Below, one piece after another: positions 20,683 through 31,294 of a DNA stretch of 64,000 bases (positions are counted from its first letter, which is position 1; every line of letters begins with the position of its first letter). The translations under genes were made by a program, and so were the position numbers. Origin of the DNA: a virus (lineage: Duplodnaviria; Caudoviricetes); the IMG/VR virus record IMGVR_UViG_3300001528_000580, positions 1-64,000 of that record; one strand, given 5' to 3'. Below the pieces are notes generated by a model. The model was not told the origin of the DNA, ran no database searches, and saw only the letters and a program-made list of their open reading frames with translations.

Positions 20683-21237
20683 ATGAACGCTTCTGAAATT
20701 GAAAAACTTAAAATGTTTGTGCAGATGAAAAAAGAAAACATTAAACCAAAATCTATTAAAAATATTTTGGGATTATCCGACAACGAGTATAGAAATTTTT
20801 CTGGAATAGTCGGTATTTGCTCTGAAAATAGAACCGTTTCAAGAGATTATGTTCAGCCAGATTTGTTTAATCGTTCCAGAAAGTATGTTGCTGAATTTCT
20901 TCTTCAAAATCCATTTAAATTTAGTTCAACAGAGGAAGTTGCAACTAATGCAGGAGTTTCGCAATCTACTGTATTGAGAGCATTTAGAGATTATCCAGAA
21001 ATTAAAGATTTGTTGTTAAAAGAAGAAACAAAAGATTTGTTTATTGAAAATGTTGGTTTTCATAAGAAAACTACCAAAAAAGCAATTAATCTTATTAAAG
21101 ATAATTATTTTGAAAGAAGAAATAAGATTACTAAAAACGCATTGACAGATGAAGTTGGTTTTTCTCGTAAAGCATGTCAATCATTTTTGACAAGATTTCC
21201 TAATTTTGCTGTATTGGTGAAAAAAGAAGATGAATAA
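20683..21237 (+). CDS. multi-HTH DNA-binding protein
   Basis: STEEVATNAGVSQSTVLRAF helix-turn-helix; AAGGA RBS before 20683. Confidence 0.6.
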   Translation: MNASEIEKLKMFVQMKKENIKPKSIKNILGLSDNEYRNFSGIVGICSENRTVSRDYVQPDLFNRSRKYVAEFLLQNPFKFSSTEEVATNAGVSQSTVLRAFRDYPEIKDLLLKEETKDLFIENVGFHKKTTKKAINLIKDNYFERRNKITKNALTDEVGFSRKACQSFLTRFPNFAVLVKKEDE

Positions 21238-21565
21238 ACAAGAAGAATTGTTATATAGTGCATTACAAAATGTGGACATTCAATTAGATAATCTGTTTCT
21301 TGATGAACAATTGAGTGATGATGGATATAATTCTCTTAGAATAATTAGAGATTATATTCATAAAAAAATAGATGAATATAAAAATATAACTATGTGTTTT
21401 GTTTTATTGCTTTTATGTGGTTGCTCTGTTTACGAATCTAAACAAATAAATTATATAAATATGGTTAATGTTTCCACAACGTTACCAGAAGAGGAATTAG
21501 AAATAAAATTTTTGGAGCCAATTGTATATAAGTGTCCTCATTGTGGCAATATTATAATTAAATAA
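21230..21565 (+). CDS. hypothetical protein
   Basis: overlap-coupled ORF; internal lipobox-like LLLCGC and C-terminal CPHCG. Confidence 0.55.
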   Translation: MNKQEELLYSALQNVDIQLDNLFLDEQLSDDGYNSLRIIRDYIHKKIDEYKNITMCFVLLLLCGCSVYESKQINYINMVNVSTTLPEEELEIKFLEPIVYKCPHCGNIIIK

Positions 21566-21576
21566 AAAGGAAAAAT

Positions 21577-22485
21577 ATGAGTACAAAAATATATAATGGT
21601 TATGTTCTTCCTAATATGAATTTATTAGAACTAAAGCAGTTTTGTTGTAAATTGGATATTGAAAGAAAAAATGCAATTGATAAATTTGTTAAGAAGCATT
21701 TTTTTCAATCAATTATTTCTTTTATTGATAAATTAATATTAGAACCAAATAAAAATGATATATTTATAGATCGTGAGTTAAAAAACGACGATTTATTTTT
21801 TATGACTTATTTTGATTTTTGCAAAATGATAGAACATGATTCTGAATCTAAAGAATATGGACTTTTTGATTTAAAAATGACAATTTGTTTTTTACCAATG
21901 AAAGATAAAATCTTGGCTTTATTGTATTGTAATAATAGAGATTTAACAAAAGTATTTACTGAAAATGAATTAGTTTCAGAATATTGTTACTTTAACAATT
22001 CGGATAAACCAGATGAAATTTCAGAAGTCGAATGGGAAAAAAGAAGAATAGAATGGGACGAGGCTTTAACAGAATTAAGGGATAACGCTTTAAAAGGTCA
22101 TGCATCACCTTGTGATGTTGGTCTTTGTTATGAACCTGATTATTTAAATTATATTCAATGTCGTGTTCATTGGTTGTTTGAAGATTTATTTAAAGAATTT
22201 CCAGAAATTATTAATAAAGAGTTGAGAGCAGAAAAATTTTTAAATAATAATATTAATTTATTTAAAAAATATAATAAAAATATTGATGTTGTTAAAAGAT
22301 TTTGTGATTGTTTTAAAAATAATTTTGATGTTGATAATTTTTTTAAAACAGAAGATGAAATAAGAAACTTTTTTAACAAAAATATTGTTGCCATTCCAGA
22401 AGATTTATTTAAAAATAAAATTGGCGATGTAAAAAAAGAAATTTTAAGTTATTATGGGAAAATTGTGAATGAAAATATTAGATGA
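21577..22485 (+). CDS. conserved phage hypothetical protein
   Basis: MSTKIYNG, YFNNSDKPDEISEVEW motifs. Confidence 0.7.
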   Translation: MSTKIYNGYVLPNMNLLELKQFCCKLDIERKNAIDKFVKKHFFQSIISFIDKLILEPNKNDIFIDRELKNDDLFFMTYFDFCKMIEHDSESKEYGLFDLKMTICFLPMKDKILALLYCNNRDLTKVFTENELVSEYCYFNNSDKPDEISEVEWEKRRIEWDEALTELRDNALKGHASPCDVGLCYEPDYLNYIQCRVHWLFEDLFKEFPEIINKELRAEKFLNNNINLFKKYNKNIDVVKRFCDCFKNNFDVDNFFKTEDEIRNFFNKNIVAIPEDLFKNKIGDVKKEILSYYGKIVNENIR

Positions 22486-23215
22486 GAAAAACAATAATAT
22501 AATACAAAATGAAGATAAATATAAAGATAAACCATTAAAATTTTTCGACAAAGGAACACATTATGAATTGTTTTTTGTTGATGAGTTTAATTTTCCAGAT
22601 AAAGATTACACTGTTTTGACAGATATAATAATAGATCTTAAAAATTCTGATAAATCAAAAGAACTTCATATTTGGATAAATTCTTATGGTGGATATGTAA
22701 TAAATTTAATTTCTTTGATGCAGGTAGTTAGAGAATTTGATTATGTTGTAACAATATGTAATGGAGCAGCAATGTCCTGTGGATTCATGTTATGGTGTTG
22801 CGGACACGAAAAATATGTTTCACCATATAGTGATTTAATGTATCATGCGATTTCAATGATCACATATGGCAAATCATTTGAAGTAAGACTTCGTGCTGAT
22901 TTTATCGAAAGACAAACTTCTATATTAATAGAAACAACTGGTATAAATAAAATTCTTACAGAAGAGGAAATTGTTTTAGGTAAAACATCCGAAGTTTGGT
23001 TATTGGGTAGTGAACTAATTGAACGTGGTATAGCAAAAGATTTTGCACTTTATAAAGATAGAATTATTCCTACAAAATCTGATGTTTTTAAAATTGGAGA
23101 TTATATATACGAAAAAGAAAATAGTTCGTATATTAAATATGAAAAATCAAAAGATAAACCTATAAATTATTTTGAAATATTAGAAAAATCAAAAGAAGAC
23201 AATAGAGATAAATAA
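22469..23215 (+). CDS. ClpP/crotonase-like serine protease
   Basis: INSYGG, AAMSCG (Ser), LMYH (His). Confidence 0.8.
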   Translation: MKILDEKNNNIIQNEDKYKDKPLKFFDKGTHYELFFVDEFNFPDKDYTVLTDIIIDLKNSDKSKELHIWINSYGGYVINLISLMQVVREFDYVVTICNGAAMSCGFMLWCCGHEKYVSPYSDLMYHAISMITYGKSFEVRLRADFIERQTSILIETTGINKILTEEEIVLGKTSEVWLLGSELIERGIAKDFALYKDRIIPTKSDVFKIGDYIYEKENSSYIKYEKSKDKPINYFEILEKSKEDNRDK

Positions 23216-23221
23216 TAAATT

Positions 23222-24682
23222 ATGAATACATTAGAAGAAATAAGAATACTATTAAAAAATATTTTACGAGAAACAGATTTGTTCAACAAGGTATATTTTG
23301 TTGGTGGATGTGTTCGTGATTTTATTAGAAATGAAGATCCTAAAGATATTGATTTAGTAATTAATCATAATAAAGGTTCTTTAAAGTTAGGATTAATTAT
23401 ACATAATTTATTTAGTAAAGAAACAACTTTTCCTTATAGATTAGGTAATTATCCTATACGTTCTATTTCTTTTAAAGAAAATGTCAAATTCAATGATAGA
23501 ATATATAATGTCTCTGGTTTAGATTTAGAAATTGCAGAGACAATGACAGAGGAATTTTCAAATCCAAACAGCAGACAACGCAATGTTAAATATACAGATA
23601 ATTTAAAAGATGATGTATTTAGACGAGATTTTTCAATTAATTCAGGACTTATGAATTTAAATGGAGAGTTAATAAGAATATCAAAAACATTTGAACATGA
23701 TATTAAAAATGGTATTATAAAATGTAATAATGGAGTTGATAAGGATAAAATATTTTCAGATGATCCATTAAGATGTATAAGAGCAGCTACATTTTCTGCT
23801 AGATTTAATTGGAAGATAGATGAAGAAACTGTTGAAGCGATAAAGAGAAATGCATATAGAATTAAAATTGTTGCAACAGAAAGAATAATGAAAGAAATAA
23901 CAAAAGCAGCTAATGTTAAATTTGGATTATATCGATTAATTCTAGCTCTTGATAAACTTGATTTATTAAAATATATATTTCCTGATATATACAATCAAAA
24001 AGAAGTGCTCCAACAGCCCGATACACGCATGATACACATGGAGGGTGGTTCTGTATATCATCACACGTTAAGTGCTCTCAAAAACGCTCCAAATGACTTA
24101 ATTTTAGGTTTGGCAGTATTATTTCATGATGTTGGCAAAACTAATGATATAAAAGAAGAAGTTAATGGAAAAATGAGATTCGCAGGTCATGAAAATATAG
24201 GATTTATCAAATCAAAGAAAATACTTTATAATTTAAAATTTAGTAATGATGTTGTTAAGAAGGTTTCACATCTTATAAAGCATCACATGGATTTCAGCGG
24301 ATTTGAAACATTAAGTGATAAAAGTATAAGAAAAATTGTTAGAGAAGTAGGAGAAGAAAATATAGAAGATTTGTTTCAAGTTATAAATGCAGATTGTTGT
24401 GGAACTATTATGAAATTTCCAGATGGAACAATAGGACCAATATTTGAACAAATAGAATTGTTTGATAGGGTTCGTAGGCTTATTGAATATGATAAAAATA
24501 AAGAAACTGTTAAAAATATTTTTAATGGTAAAGAGTTGATGAATGAATTAGGTATAAAACAAGGTGTCGAAGTTGGTCGTGCTGTTAATATCATGTTAGA
24601 TATTCAAGATGAATTTGGATATGATGTTGACAAAACATTTGCAATGAATTTAATTAAAGAAAGGTTTAATAATGTTGATTGA
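23222..24682 (+). CDS. cca: CCA tRNA nucleotidyltransferase with HD domain
   Basis: VGGCVRD, KDIDL, RRDFSIN, DDPLRxxRA, ERI, FHDVGK. Confidence 0.9.
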   Translation: MNTLEEIRILLKNILRETDLFNKVYFVGGCVRDFIRNEDPKDIDLVINHNKGSLKLGLIIHNLFSKETTFPYRLGNYPIRSISFKENVKFNDRIYNVSGLDLEIAETMTEEFSNPNSRQRNVKYTDNLKDDVFRRDFSINSGLMNLNGELIRISKTFEHDIKNGIIKCNNGVDKDKIFSDDPLRCIRAATFSARFNWKIDEETVEAIKRNAYRIKIVATERIMKEITKAANVKFGLYRLILALDKLDLLKYIFPDIYNQKEVLQQPDTRMIHMEGGSVYHHTLSALKNAPNDLILGLAVLFHDVGKTNDIKEEVNGKMRFAGHENIGFIKSKKILYNLKFSNDVVKKVSHLIKHHMDFSGFETLSDKSIRKIVREVGEENIEDLFQVINADCCGTIMKFPDGTIGPIFEQIELFDRVRRLIEYDKNKETVKNIFNGKELMNELGIKQGVEVGRAVNIMLDIQDEFGYDVDKTFAMNLIKERFNNVD

Positions 24683-24935
24683 ACTTACTTTATCAGATAA
24701 TGATTGGGAAAAAGTTGCACTTTCTAAAAAACAAGGAAATATTATTATTGATTTAAATAATATATCAAAAATGATTGATGTGGAAGATCAACTAACATTA
24801 GCAAGAGGTTGGAGTCAAATAAAAATTGAATTAAAAGATAAAAAAGTATATTATGTTTATGGTTATGTTCATGAACTTGCAAATAAAATTCGTTCAAATA
24901 CAGAACTTTTATGTACTTATACATTTGGAACTTGA
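24672..24935 (+). CDS. hypothetical protein
   Basis: overlap-coupled ORF. Confidence 0.55.
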   Translation: MLIELTLSDNDWEKVALSKKQGNIIIDLNNISKMIDVEDQLTLARGWSQIKIELKDKKVYYVYGYVHELANKIRSNTELLCTYTFGT

Positions 24936-24959
24936 TTTATTAAAAAAATATGCTATATT
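24932..24959 (+). promoter_or_regulatory. promoter TTGATT-N16-TATATT
   Basis: consensus match with TGc extension. Confidence 0.7.
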
Positions 24960-24988
24960 ATTTTTGAATTACAAAGGAGTATTTTAAG

Positions 24989-26074
24989 ATGAAAAAAGAT
25001 GAAGTATTAAAACTGTTTCCAATTAAAGAAAAAGTATTGTTTTTGACAAAGGCAGGATCTTTTTTATATGGAACTAATTCTGAAAAATCAGATACAGATA
25101 TAAAAGGTGTATTTCTTCCTGATTTAAATGATTTGATTCTTAAAAAATCTCCTAATCATTATAATTTTAAAACAGGTGATAGTCATTCAAGGAATACAAG
25201 TGAAGATATTGATGTAACTTTTTATAGTTTACAATATTTTTTGGAACTTGCTTCTAAGGGTGAAACAAATGCATTGGATATGTTATTTTCTTTTACCAAT
25301 AAAGATGCAGTAATTTTTAAGGATGATCTTTGGGATATACTTATAAATGGAATTGATAATATTGTAACAAAGAATGTTAATTCATATCTTGGATTTTGCA
25401 AAAGTCAAGCAGTTAAGTATAGTATAAAAGGTGAAAAGTTAAATAATTTTAAAACATTTGAATCTTTCTGTAAAAAATACTATGATGAGAAAAATAACAA
25501 TGGTGCTCCAATTACTTTAAAAACAGCACTTCAAAAATATATTTTTCTTGATGATAAAAAATTACCAATTGTTGGTGAAGATAGAAAAGTATTATCTGAT
25601 TGTTTAGATAATAATACTTTTGGTCATATTTTTGGTGAACATGCATATTTTGTTACTGCTGATAATAAAGAAGTATATTTGCAAATATCAGGGGTAAAAT
25701 TTCAGTTACAAGATTCAATCAAAAGTTCTTATCATAAAGTTTTAAAAGTAATAAATAGTTATGGCGTAAGGGCAGAAAATGCAGCTAGTGACAATGGCGC
25801 AGATTATAAAGCTCTTAGTCATGCTATACGTGTTTTATATCAGACAGAAGAATTATTGACTACTGGAATGATTAAATTTCCTTTAGGAAATAAAGATTTT
25901 GTAAAAAGTATAAAATATAAAGAAACAGATATGAAATATGATGATATTATAAATTTTATTACAGAAAGAATGGAATATATTGATAACAAAATAATTCCGA
26001 ATAGTAATTTGAAAAGTAAAAGTAACTATAAATGGATTGAAAATTATATTTTAAGTTGTTATGATATAAAATAA
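24989..26074 (+). CDS. Pol-beta superfamily nucleotidyltransferase (RlaP / T4 NrdC.11-like)
   Basis: GSFLYGT...SDTDIKGVF; DYKALSHAIR. Confidence 0.85.
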   Translation: MKKDEVLKLFPIKEKVLFLTKAGSFLYGTNSEKSDTDIKGVFLPDLNDLILKKSPNHYNFKTGDSHSRNTSEDIDVTFYSLQYFLELASKGETNALDMLFSFTNKDAVIFKDDLWDILINGIDNIVTKNVNSYLGFCKSQAVKYSIKGEKLNNFKTFESFCKKYYDEKNNNGAPITLKTALQKYIFLDDKKLPIVGEDRKVLSDCLDNNTFGHIFGEHAYFVTADNKEVYLQISGVKFQLQDSIKSSYHKVLKVINSYGVRAENAASDNGADYKALSHAIRVLYQTEELLTTGMIKFPLGNKDFVKSIKYKETDMKYDDIINFITERMEYIDNKIIPNSNLKSKSNYKWIENYILSCYDIK

Positions 26075-26083
26075 GGTGTTGTT

Positions 26084-26344
26084 ATGAAATTTTTGAAAAA
26101 AATATTTTATAAAAACAAAATTAAAAAGTTAATCATACAATCACTTGATGAAAGTATATTAACTGATCCATATGGTTATTTGTATTTTACTGTTTCTATT
26201 CCAATATCAAAAATAATGTCAAAAAATATCACTTCGGATATTATTGATTTGTTTAAACAAGATATGTTTTGTTTAAAATACAAAAATCGTGTATTTTTAA
26301 GCGTATTTTGGAGAAATTGCATATTGGTACATGTAGAAAAATAA
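26084..26344 (+). CDS. hypothetical protein
   Basis: AAGGTG RBS. Confidence 0.55.
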   Translation: MKFLKKIFYKNKIKKLIIQSLDESILTDPYGYLYFTVSIPISKIMSKNITSDIIDLFKQDMFCLKYKNRVFLSVFWRNCILVHVEK

Positions 26345-26362
26345 TAATAAGGAAAAAATAAT

Positions 26363-26749
26363 ATGGAAGAACAAATGATGGTGTTTTTTTGTTCATTTTG
26401 TCACAAACATTTTAATACCTACAATAAAGAAGTAGATTGTAAATTTTGTGATGCTCCACATGATTGGTATGTTAGTTCTCCAAAACATATAGATGAATGG
26501 AATAATAAAAAACGTTCATATTCATTGGATGAATATATAGATACAGTTAATCATATTCGTAAAACTGGTGTTGAATTTTTTTATCCACATCGCAATGGAA
26601 TAAAATCATTTGAACAAGAAAGAACTGATTATCCAATAACTCAATTAGATATAATTGAAATAATTGAAAATAATATGGAAGTTCTAGTTGATAGTATTCA
26701 TGGTCATGAATCTGATATATCAATTAATGAAATTTTTTCAAGAAAATAA
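26363..26749 (+). CDS. hypothetical Zn-finger protein
   Basis: CSFC and CKFC. Confidence 0.6.
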   Translation: MEEQMMVFFCSFCHKHFNTYNKEVDCKFCDAPHDWYVSSPKHIDEWNNKKRSYSLDEYIDTVNHIRKTGVEFFYPHRNGIKSFEQERTDYPITQLDIIEIIENNMEVLVDSIHGHESDISINEIFSRK

Positions 26750-26761
26750 GAGTTAAAAATT

Positions 26762-27010
26762 GTGAAAATATTAGGATTGTTAAACGATATAGATAATATA
26801 GATGATTATATATTGTTGTATAATCCTAATTATTTTAAAGAAATTTCAAAATATGTTGACATAAAAAATATAGAAGATGATTCAGGAAATATATTTTCAC
26901 ATATTTATTTGTTTGGTTTAAAATGTAAAGAAAATAGCTTAATTGATAAATATGTTTTAATAAATAGAAAAAATATGAGTATATTATTATATGGTGGTAA
27001 TAAGAAATGA
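26762..27010 (+). CDS. small protein resembling an HK97 capsid A-domain fragment
   Basis: LLYNPxxF...DDSG...LFGL pattern. Confidence 0.45.
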   Translation: MKILGLLNDIDNIDDYILLYNPNYFKEISKYVDIKNIEDDSGNIFSHIYLFGLKCKENSLIDKYVLINRKNMSILLYGGNKK

Positions 27011-27879
27011 GTGTATCAATAGGAATTACAGAGCGTGGAGATGCTTGTCAAGATTTGTCATGGACAAAATTAATTGACTATGTAGACGGGGCGATTATTA
27101 TATCAAAAGGATTTAATTCTGATTTTAATAATGAATTGTTAAAATATAAAAATAAAATAATTTATCATGCAACTTGCACAGGACTAGGTGGAACAATATT
27201 AGAACCAAATGTTCCTTTTTATTTAGATCAAATTGAAAATATTAAATTATTAATAAATTCTGGTTTTCCAGTGGAACACATTGTTGTAAGGATCGACCCA
27301 ATAATTCCTAAAGATATTTTTATTCAGTTACCAGATTATGCAAGAAATATTGATGAAAAATTCAAGGAGAATAGTCTAGAAAAAGATTATAAATATGTTG
27401 CTATTGTAACGGACATAATTTATCGATGTCTGGATTTGGGAATAAGAAGATTTAGATATTCTTTTCTTGATTTATATTCACATGTAATAAAAAGATTAGA
27501 AAATAAAAATATAGTAATTTCAAGAAATGAAATTAATGAGATCGAATGTTCTGATTGGATGATGCAATTTGATTCTATTGAAGATGATATTTATTTTAAA
27601 GACAATAATATAAAGAAAAATAAAGATGAAGTTTATAATATAAATCCACAAGATTTAACAGTATTTTTTGAGTCTTGTGCAGAAAAACATACAAGAGATT
27701 ATCATAAGATTGGCTGTGTTTCAAAACGTGATTTTGAAATTTTAGGGTTAAATATTGAAGATGTGAATGGTAGTTCAAACCAACGTCCATTATGTTTATG
27801 CTGTTCTGCAAAAACAGAATTATTAAAAAGCAAGAAACCATGTCCTCATTCTTGTTTATATTGTTACTGGAAAAATTAA
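27007..27879 (+). CDS. DUF1848-like / SPL-like radical SAM-related protein
   Basis: LEPNVP, VRIDPIIP, SFLDLY, C-terminal QRPLCLC and PCPHSCLYCY. Confidence 0.75.
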   Translation: MSVSIGITERGDACQDLSWTKLIDYVDGAIIISKGFNSDFNNELLKYKNKIIYHATCTGLGGTILEPNVPFYLDQIENIKLLINSGFPVEHIVVRIDPIIPKDIFIQLPDYARNIDEKFKENSLEKDYKYVAIVTDIIYRCLDLGIRRFRYSFLDLYSHVIKRLENKNIVISRNEINEIECSDWMMQFDSIEDDIYFKDNNIKKNKDEVYNINPQDLTVFFESCAEKHTRDYHKIGCVSKRDFEILGLNIEDVNGSSNQRPLCLCCSAKTELLKSKKPCPHSCLYCYWKN

Positions 27880-27892
27880 TATAAATATTAAT

Positions 27893-27920
27893 TTGTAAAA
27901 AATAAAAATAGTTGTATATT
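27893..27920 (+). promoter_or_regulatory. promoter TTGTAA-N16-TATATT
   Basis: consensus match. Confidence 0.6.
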
Positions 27921-27974
27921 ATAATAATGTTATTAAATGGGTTAATAACATCATCACTAAGGAGTAATAATGCT

Positions 27975-28358
27975 ATGAGTAATGAAAGTTTAGGTATTGT
28001 TGGTATAATTTTTGTTGCATTGTTAATTGCTGCTGGTTTATATGGTTGTCCCAAATATAATGTTTGGCAACAAGGATTGTCTGGTCAGGCAGAATTAGCT
28101 AAAGCAGAACAAAATAGAAAAATTAGAATTCAGGAAGCAGAAGCAACAAGAGATAGTGCAAAACTATTAGCAGAAGCAGAAATCGAAAGAGCTAAAGGTG
28201 TTGCAGAAGCGAATAAGATTATTGGGAGTAGCTTAAAAGATAATGAATCATATTTACGTTGGTTATGGATTGATAAATTAAATGAAAATGGACAAAATGT
28301 AATTTATGTTCCTACAGAAGCAGGTTTACCAATTCTTGAAGCAGGAAGACGTAAGTGA
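27975..28358 (+). CDS. membrane-anchored SPFH/band-7-like coiled-coil protein
   Basis: TM helix; AEAEIERAKGVAEANKII; YVPTEAGLPILEA. Confidence 0.7.
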   Translation: MSNESLGIVGIIFVALLIAAGLYGCPKYNVWQQGLSGQAELAKAEQNRKIRIQEAEATRDSAKLLAEAEIERAKGVAEANKIIGSSLKDNESYLRWLWIDKLNENGQNVIYVPTEAGLPILEAGRRK

Positions 28359-28396
28359 ATTAAAATGTTTTATAATAAAAATAGGTAAAAATACTA

Positions 28397-28759
28397 ATGA
28401 ATGAAATTAAATTAAAGCCAAAGTATAAAATAAAAGATGTTGTAAAATTTAATTATGATACAAAGGATTTAGGGATTGTTCAATATTTTGGAACAATTAC
28501 AAATATAATTTGTCAACCTGTTCAAGAAAGATTTATGTATGAAATAAACTGTCATGCATTTTCAAAACCTATTTTCATTTTAGAAAGCGAAGTTATTCCA
28601 GAAGATATCATTAAAATATCTAAAGGAGATATTGTGTATCATAAACATAATTGGACATATCATGAAGTTGTGTTTGTTGAAAATGATATATATGTTACAG
28701 TAAGATGTAAAAACGGAAAACTTGAAACATTTCATCATTCTTGTTTTGATAAAATTTGA
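28397..28759 (+). CDS. hypothetical SH3-like protein
   Basis: KYKIKDVV and KGDIVY repeats. Confidence 0.55.
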   Translation: MNEIKLKPKYKIKDVVKFNYDTKDLGIVQYFGTITNIICQPVQERFMYEINCHAFSKPIFILESEVIPEDIIKISKGDIVYHKHNWTYHEVVFVENDIYVTVRCKNGKLETFHHSCFDKI

Positions 28760-28769
28760 GGAATATAAA

Positions 28770-29228
28770 ATGTATTTAGAAATATCACCAAGAAGAACCG
28801 GAAAAACACATAGGTTAATTAATGAAATAATTAGATATCACTTAGAATATCAAAATGGAAAAATTTTATTATTTTGTCCAAATCATGATATGAGTATGGA
28901 AATAAAAAATAGATTAATGAGATATAATATTTTAAACAATAAAATAATAGATATATTAAGTAATTCTAGTTTTGAAAATACTTTATCTATTGATGAAAAA
29001 GATAAAATAAATGAACAATCAATAAAAAATTATCTTAAATTATTTGTTGATGAATTCAATTATTGTAATTTGTTTAAAAATAAATTTGATATTTTATATG
29101 AATATTTTCCTGTTTTAATGAAAAATGGAGTTTTTGTTTCAACATATGAGGATTCGCTTATACAACATAAATTGATTGGTATGAATGGTGATAATTATTA
29201 TACAATGTCTAGAAATATAGGTGCGTAA
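28770..29228 (+). CDS. short P-loop NTPase-like protein
   Basis: PRRTGKT Walker A, LFVDEF Walker B. Confidence 0.65.
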   Translation: MYLEISPRRTGKTHRLINEIIRYHLEYQNGKILLFCPNHDMSMEIKNRLMRYNILNNKIIDILSNSSFENTLSIDEKDKINEQSIKNYLKLFVDEFNYCNLFKNKFDILYEYFPVLMKNGVFVSTYEDSLIQHKLIGMNGDNYYTMSRNIGA

Positions 29229-29612
29229 ATGGAAAAGGAAAGTTATTGTCAATTGTCGTTAAAAGATAGAAATTTTTATTCTTTTAAATCAGAATGTTCA
29301 TGTTATTCACATGATATTGCAGTAATTTTTGAAAAAGATGAAGATAATTTTATTACTTTAAGTCTTTACGATAAGGTTTATTTGGGAGAAGATGAAAAAC
29401 ATCCTATTTGGAGTAGAATAAAAGCATCTTTAAAATTGTTGTTTAAAGGGTATTTTGAAGTTGAACATGGATTTATTTTTAAAGGTAAGGAACATGTGAC
29501 AGATTTCATGAATTATATGAATAATGGATATAATACAGTTATTAAAAATGATATGAATATTTTTGAAAGAGATGAAAAAGGAAGGTTTATAAAAAAAAGT
29601 AATTGTAAATAA
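29229..29612 (+). CDS. hypothetical protein
   Basis: abutting ORF in operon. Confidence 0.6.
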   Translation: MEKESYCQLSLKDRNFYSFKSECSCYSHDIAVIFEKDEDNFITLSLYDKVYLGEDEKHPIWSRIKASLKLLFKGYFEVEHGFIFKGKEHVTDFMNYMNNGYNTVIKNDMNIFERDEKGRFIKKSNCK

Positions 29613-29656
29613 AGTTCTAATATAAATGTTAATAATTATAAAATAGTGGATAAATA

Positions 29657-30184
29657 ATGAATAAATTAAGATTTGAAATGACATGCGGTGCGTGTCCTGA
29701 ACAATATGATGTATTTAAAGGTGATGATAAAGTTGGATACATGAGATTAAGGTGGGGTCATTTTACTTTTGCAAATAATACAGCTTATGATATTATTTTT
29801 GTTTGTGGTTCAACAGAAGATAGTGGTTGGGGTGGTACATTTGAAAGTGAAGAACAAAGACAAGAAGTTTTTAAGTTATGTGAAAATGTTTATCGTGTTT
29901 ATGAGCTATTAGGAGATGATTTTGTAACTTATGATTTTGATGAAATTAAATCTATTGAACAATATGAAAGAATAATTGAAGAACGTTATAAGGAAAATCA
30001 TGAAGAATTATCAGATGAAGAAAAACAAAAACAAGAAGAGTTAACACAAAAATATATATCTTTATTGCAAAATGATTCTGAATATCGAAAGAAAATTGCA
30101 GAAAGCATAGTAGCACCATTGCGTATGCCAAGTTTATCTAGACGCATGTTTCAAATAGAAGAAATATCAAAAGATAAAATATGA
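29657..30184 (+). CDS. conserved phage protein (CPEQYD domain) with capsid-N-arm-like tail
   Basis: TCGACPEQYDVF...GYMRLRWG. Confidence 0.65.
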   Translation: MNKLRFEMTCGACPEQYDVFKGDDKVGYMRLRWGHFTFANNTAYDIIFVCGSTEDSGWGGTFESEEQRQEVFKLCENVYRVYELLGDDFVTYDFDEIKSIEQYERIIEERYKENHEELSDEEKQKQEELTQKYISLLQNDSEYRKKIAESIVAPLRMPSLSRRMFQIEEISKDKI

Positions 30185-30789
30185 TGAATATAAAGATAAA
30201 ATTAACTAAAAAAAGTAAAGATTTAATTGATATATTTGGAATATTAATTAAATATTTTGAAAAAAATGAATTAGTAAGTACAAATGAATTAACTTATTTT
30301 ATAAATAATTATCATAAACTTTTCCCAAAAGAAAATTATTTCTGTTATAAAATAGAAGTAAACAATGAAATAATTGGGACTTTACTTGGCGTAAATTTAA
30401 AAGAATTTATAGTTATTGATTATTTCGCTATTGAGAAGAAATATAGATGTTTGACAAGATATATAATCAATGAACTATTCAATATTGTTAATACGAATAA
30501 ACCAATAGTTGTTGAGGCATCAACAAATACATTATGTAGATTTTATCAAATGATTGGATTTAAAAAGTTTCCTCAACCATATGTTTATCCTAAATGTAAT
30601 ATAAATTTATATTCAAAAACAATAACATTTGAAAAATTTCCATCAAATTTATTGTTTTTATATAATGATGATATAAATTTTTTTGATACTATAAATATAA
30701 TATATTTTACACATTATCAACGTTGGCATAGTATTTATAGTGACAGATATACTATACCATATCAAAAATTTTTATTAAATCTTTTATAA
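30181..30789 (+). CDS. GNAT-like protein
   Basis: IDYFAIEKKYR and RFYQMIGF motifs. Confidence 0.55.
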   Translation: MMNIKIKLTKKSKDLIDIFGILIKYFEKNELVSTNELTYFINNYHKLFPKENYFCYKIEVNNEIIGTLLGVNLKEFIVIDYFAIEKKYRCLTRYIINELFNIVNTNKPIVVEASTNTLCRFYQMIGFKKFPQPYVYPKCNINLYSKTITFEKFPSNLLFLYNDDINFFDTINIIYFTHYQRWHSIYSDRYTIPYQKFLLNLL

Positions 30790-30820
30790 ACTTATAAATA
30801 ATAAATTAAAAGGAATTAAT

Positions 30821-31294
30821 ATGTCAATAGAAATAAAAAGAGTCAAAGGTGGAGATACAAGAAGCTGTGAAAAAAATATTAGTAAAGAAGAACTTCTTGA
30901 ATCAACAGAGCAACACATAGATGATGTACGAAAAGCTATAATGTGGATGATTATGGAATTGTTTATGTCAAGTTCAAAACATGATTATACAAAAGTAAGA
31001 TTAATTGATGAGTTTTATAATGATTTTTCTTATGCTGTAAAAAATAAAACAGATTTTAAAGATTCTGATTGGTATAAAATGCATATATCAACAGAGAGAC
31101 ATCATATAGATAAGATTTGTCCTGATAATATTAATTTATTTGATGTATTAGAACATATTGCTGATATTGTAATGGCTGGATTATCGAGAACAGGTAAGTT
31201 TTATGATGACGAAATATCACCAGATATTTTAATAAAAGCATATCAAAATACCATAAATAAATTAAAAGATAATGTAAAAATAATAGATGGATAA
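30821..31294 (+). CDS. HD-like (DUF5662-type) protein
   Basis: HI, HDYTK, ERHH, EHIAD metal-binding pattern. Confidence 0.6.
   Translation: MSIEIKRVKGGDTRSCEKNISKEELLESTEQHIDDVRKAIMWMIMELFMSSSKHDYTKVRLIDEFYNDFSYAVKNKTDFKDSDWYKMHISTERHHIDKICPDNINLFDVLEHIADIVMAGLSRTGKFYDDEISPDILIKAYQNTINKLKDNVKIIDG

Noticed and set aside
28770-29228. Terminase large subunit
   Set aside because: It has a terminase-like Walker A/B but is only about 150 aa with no nuclease domain.
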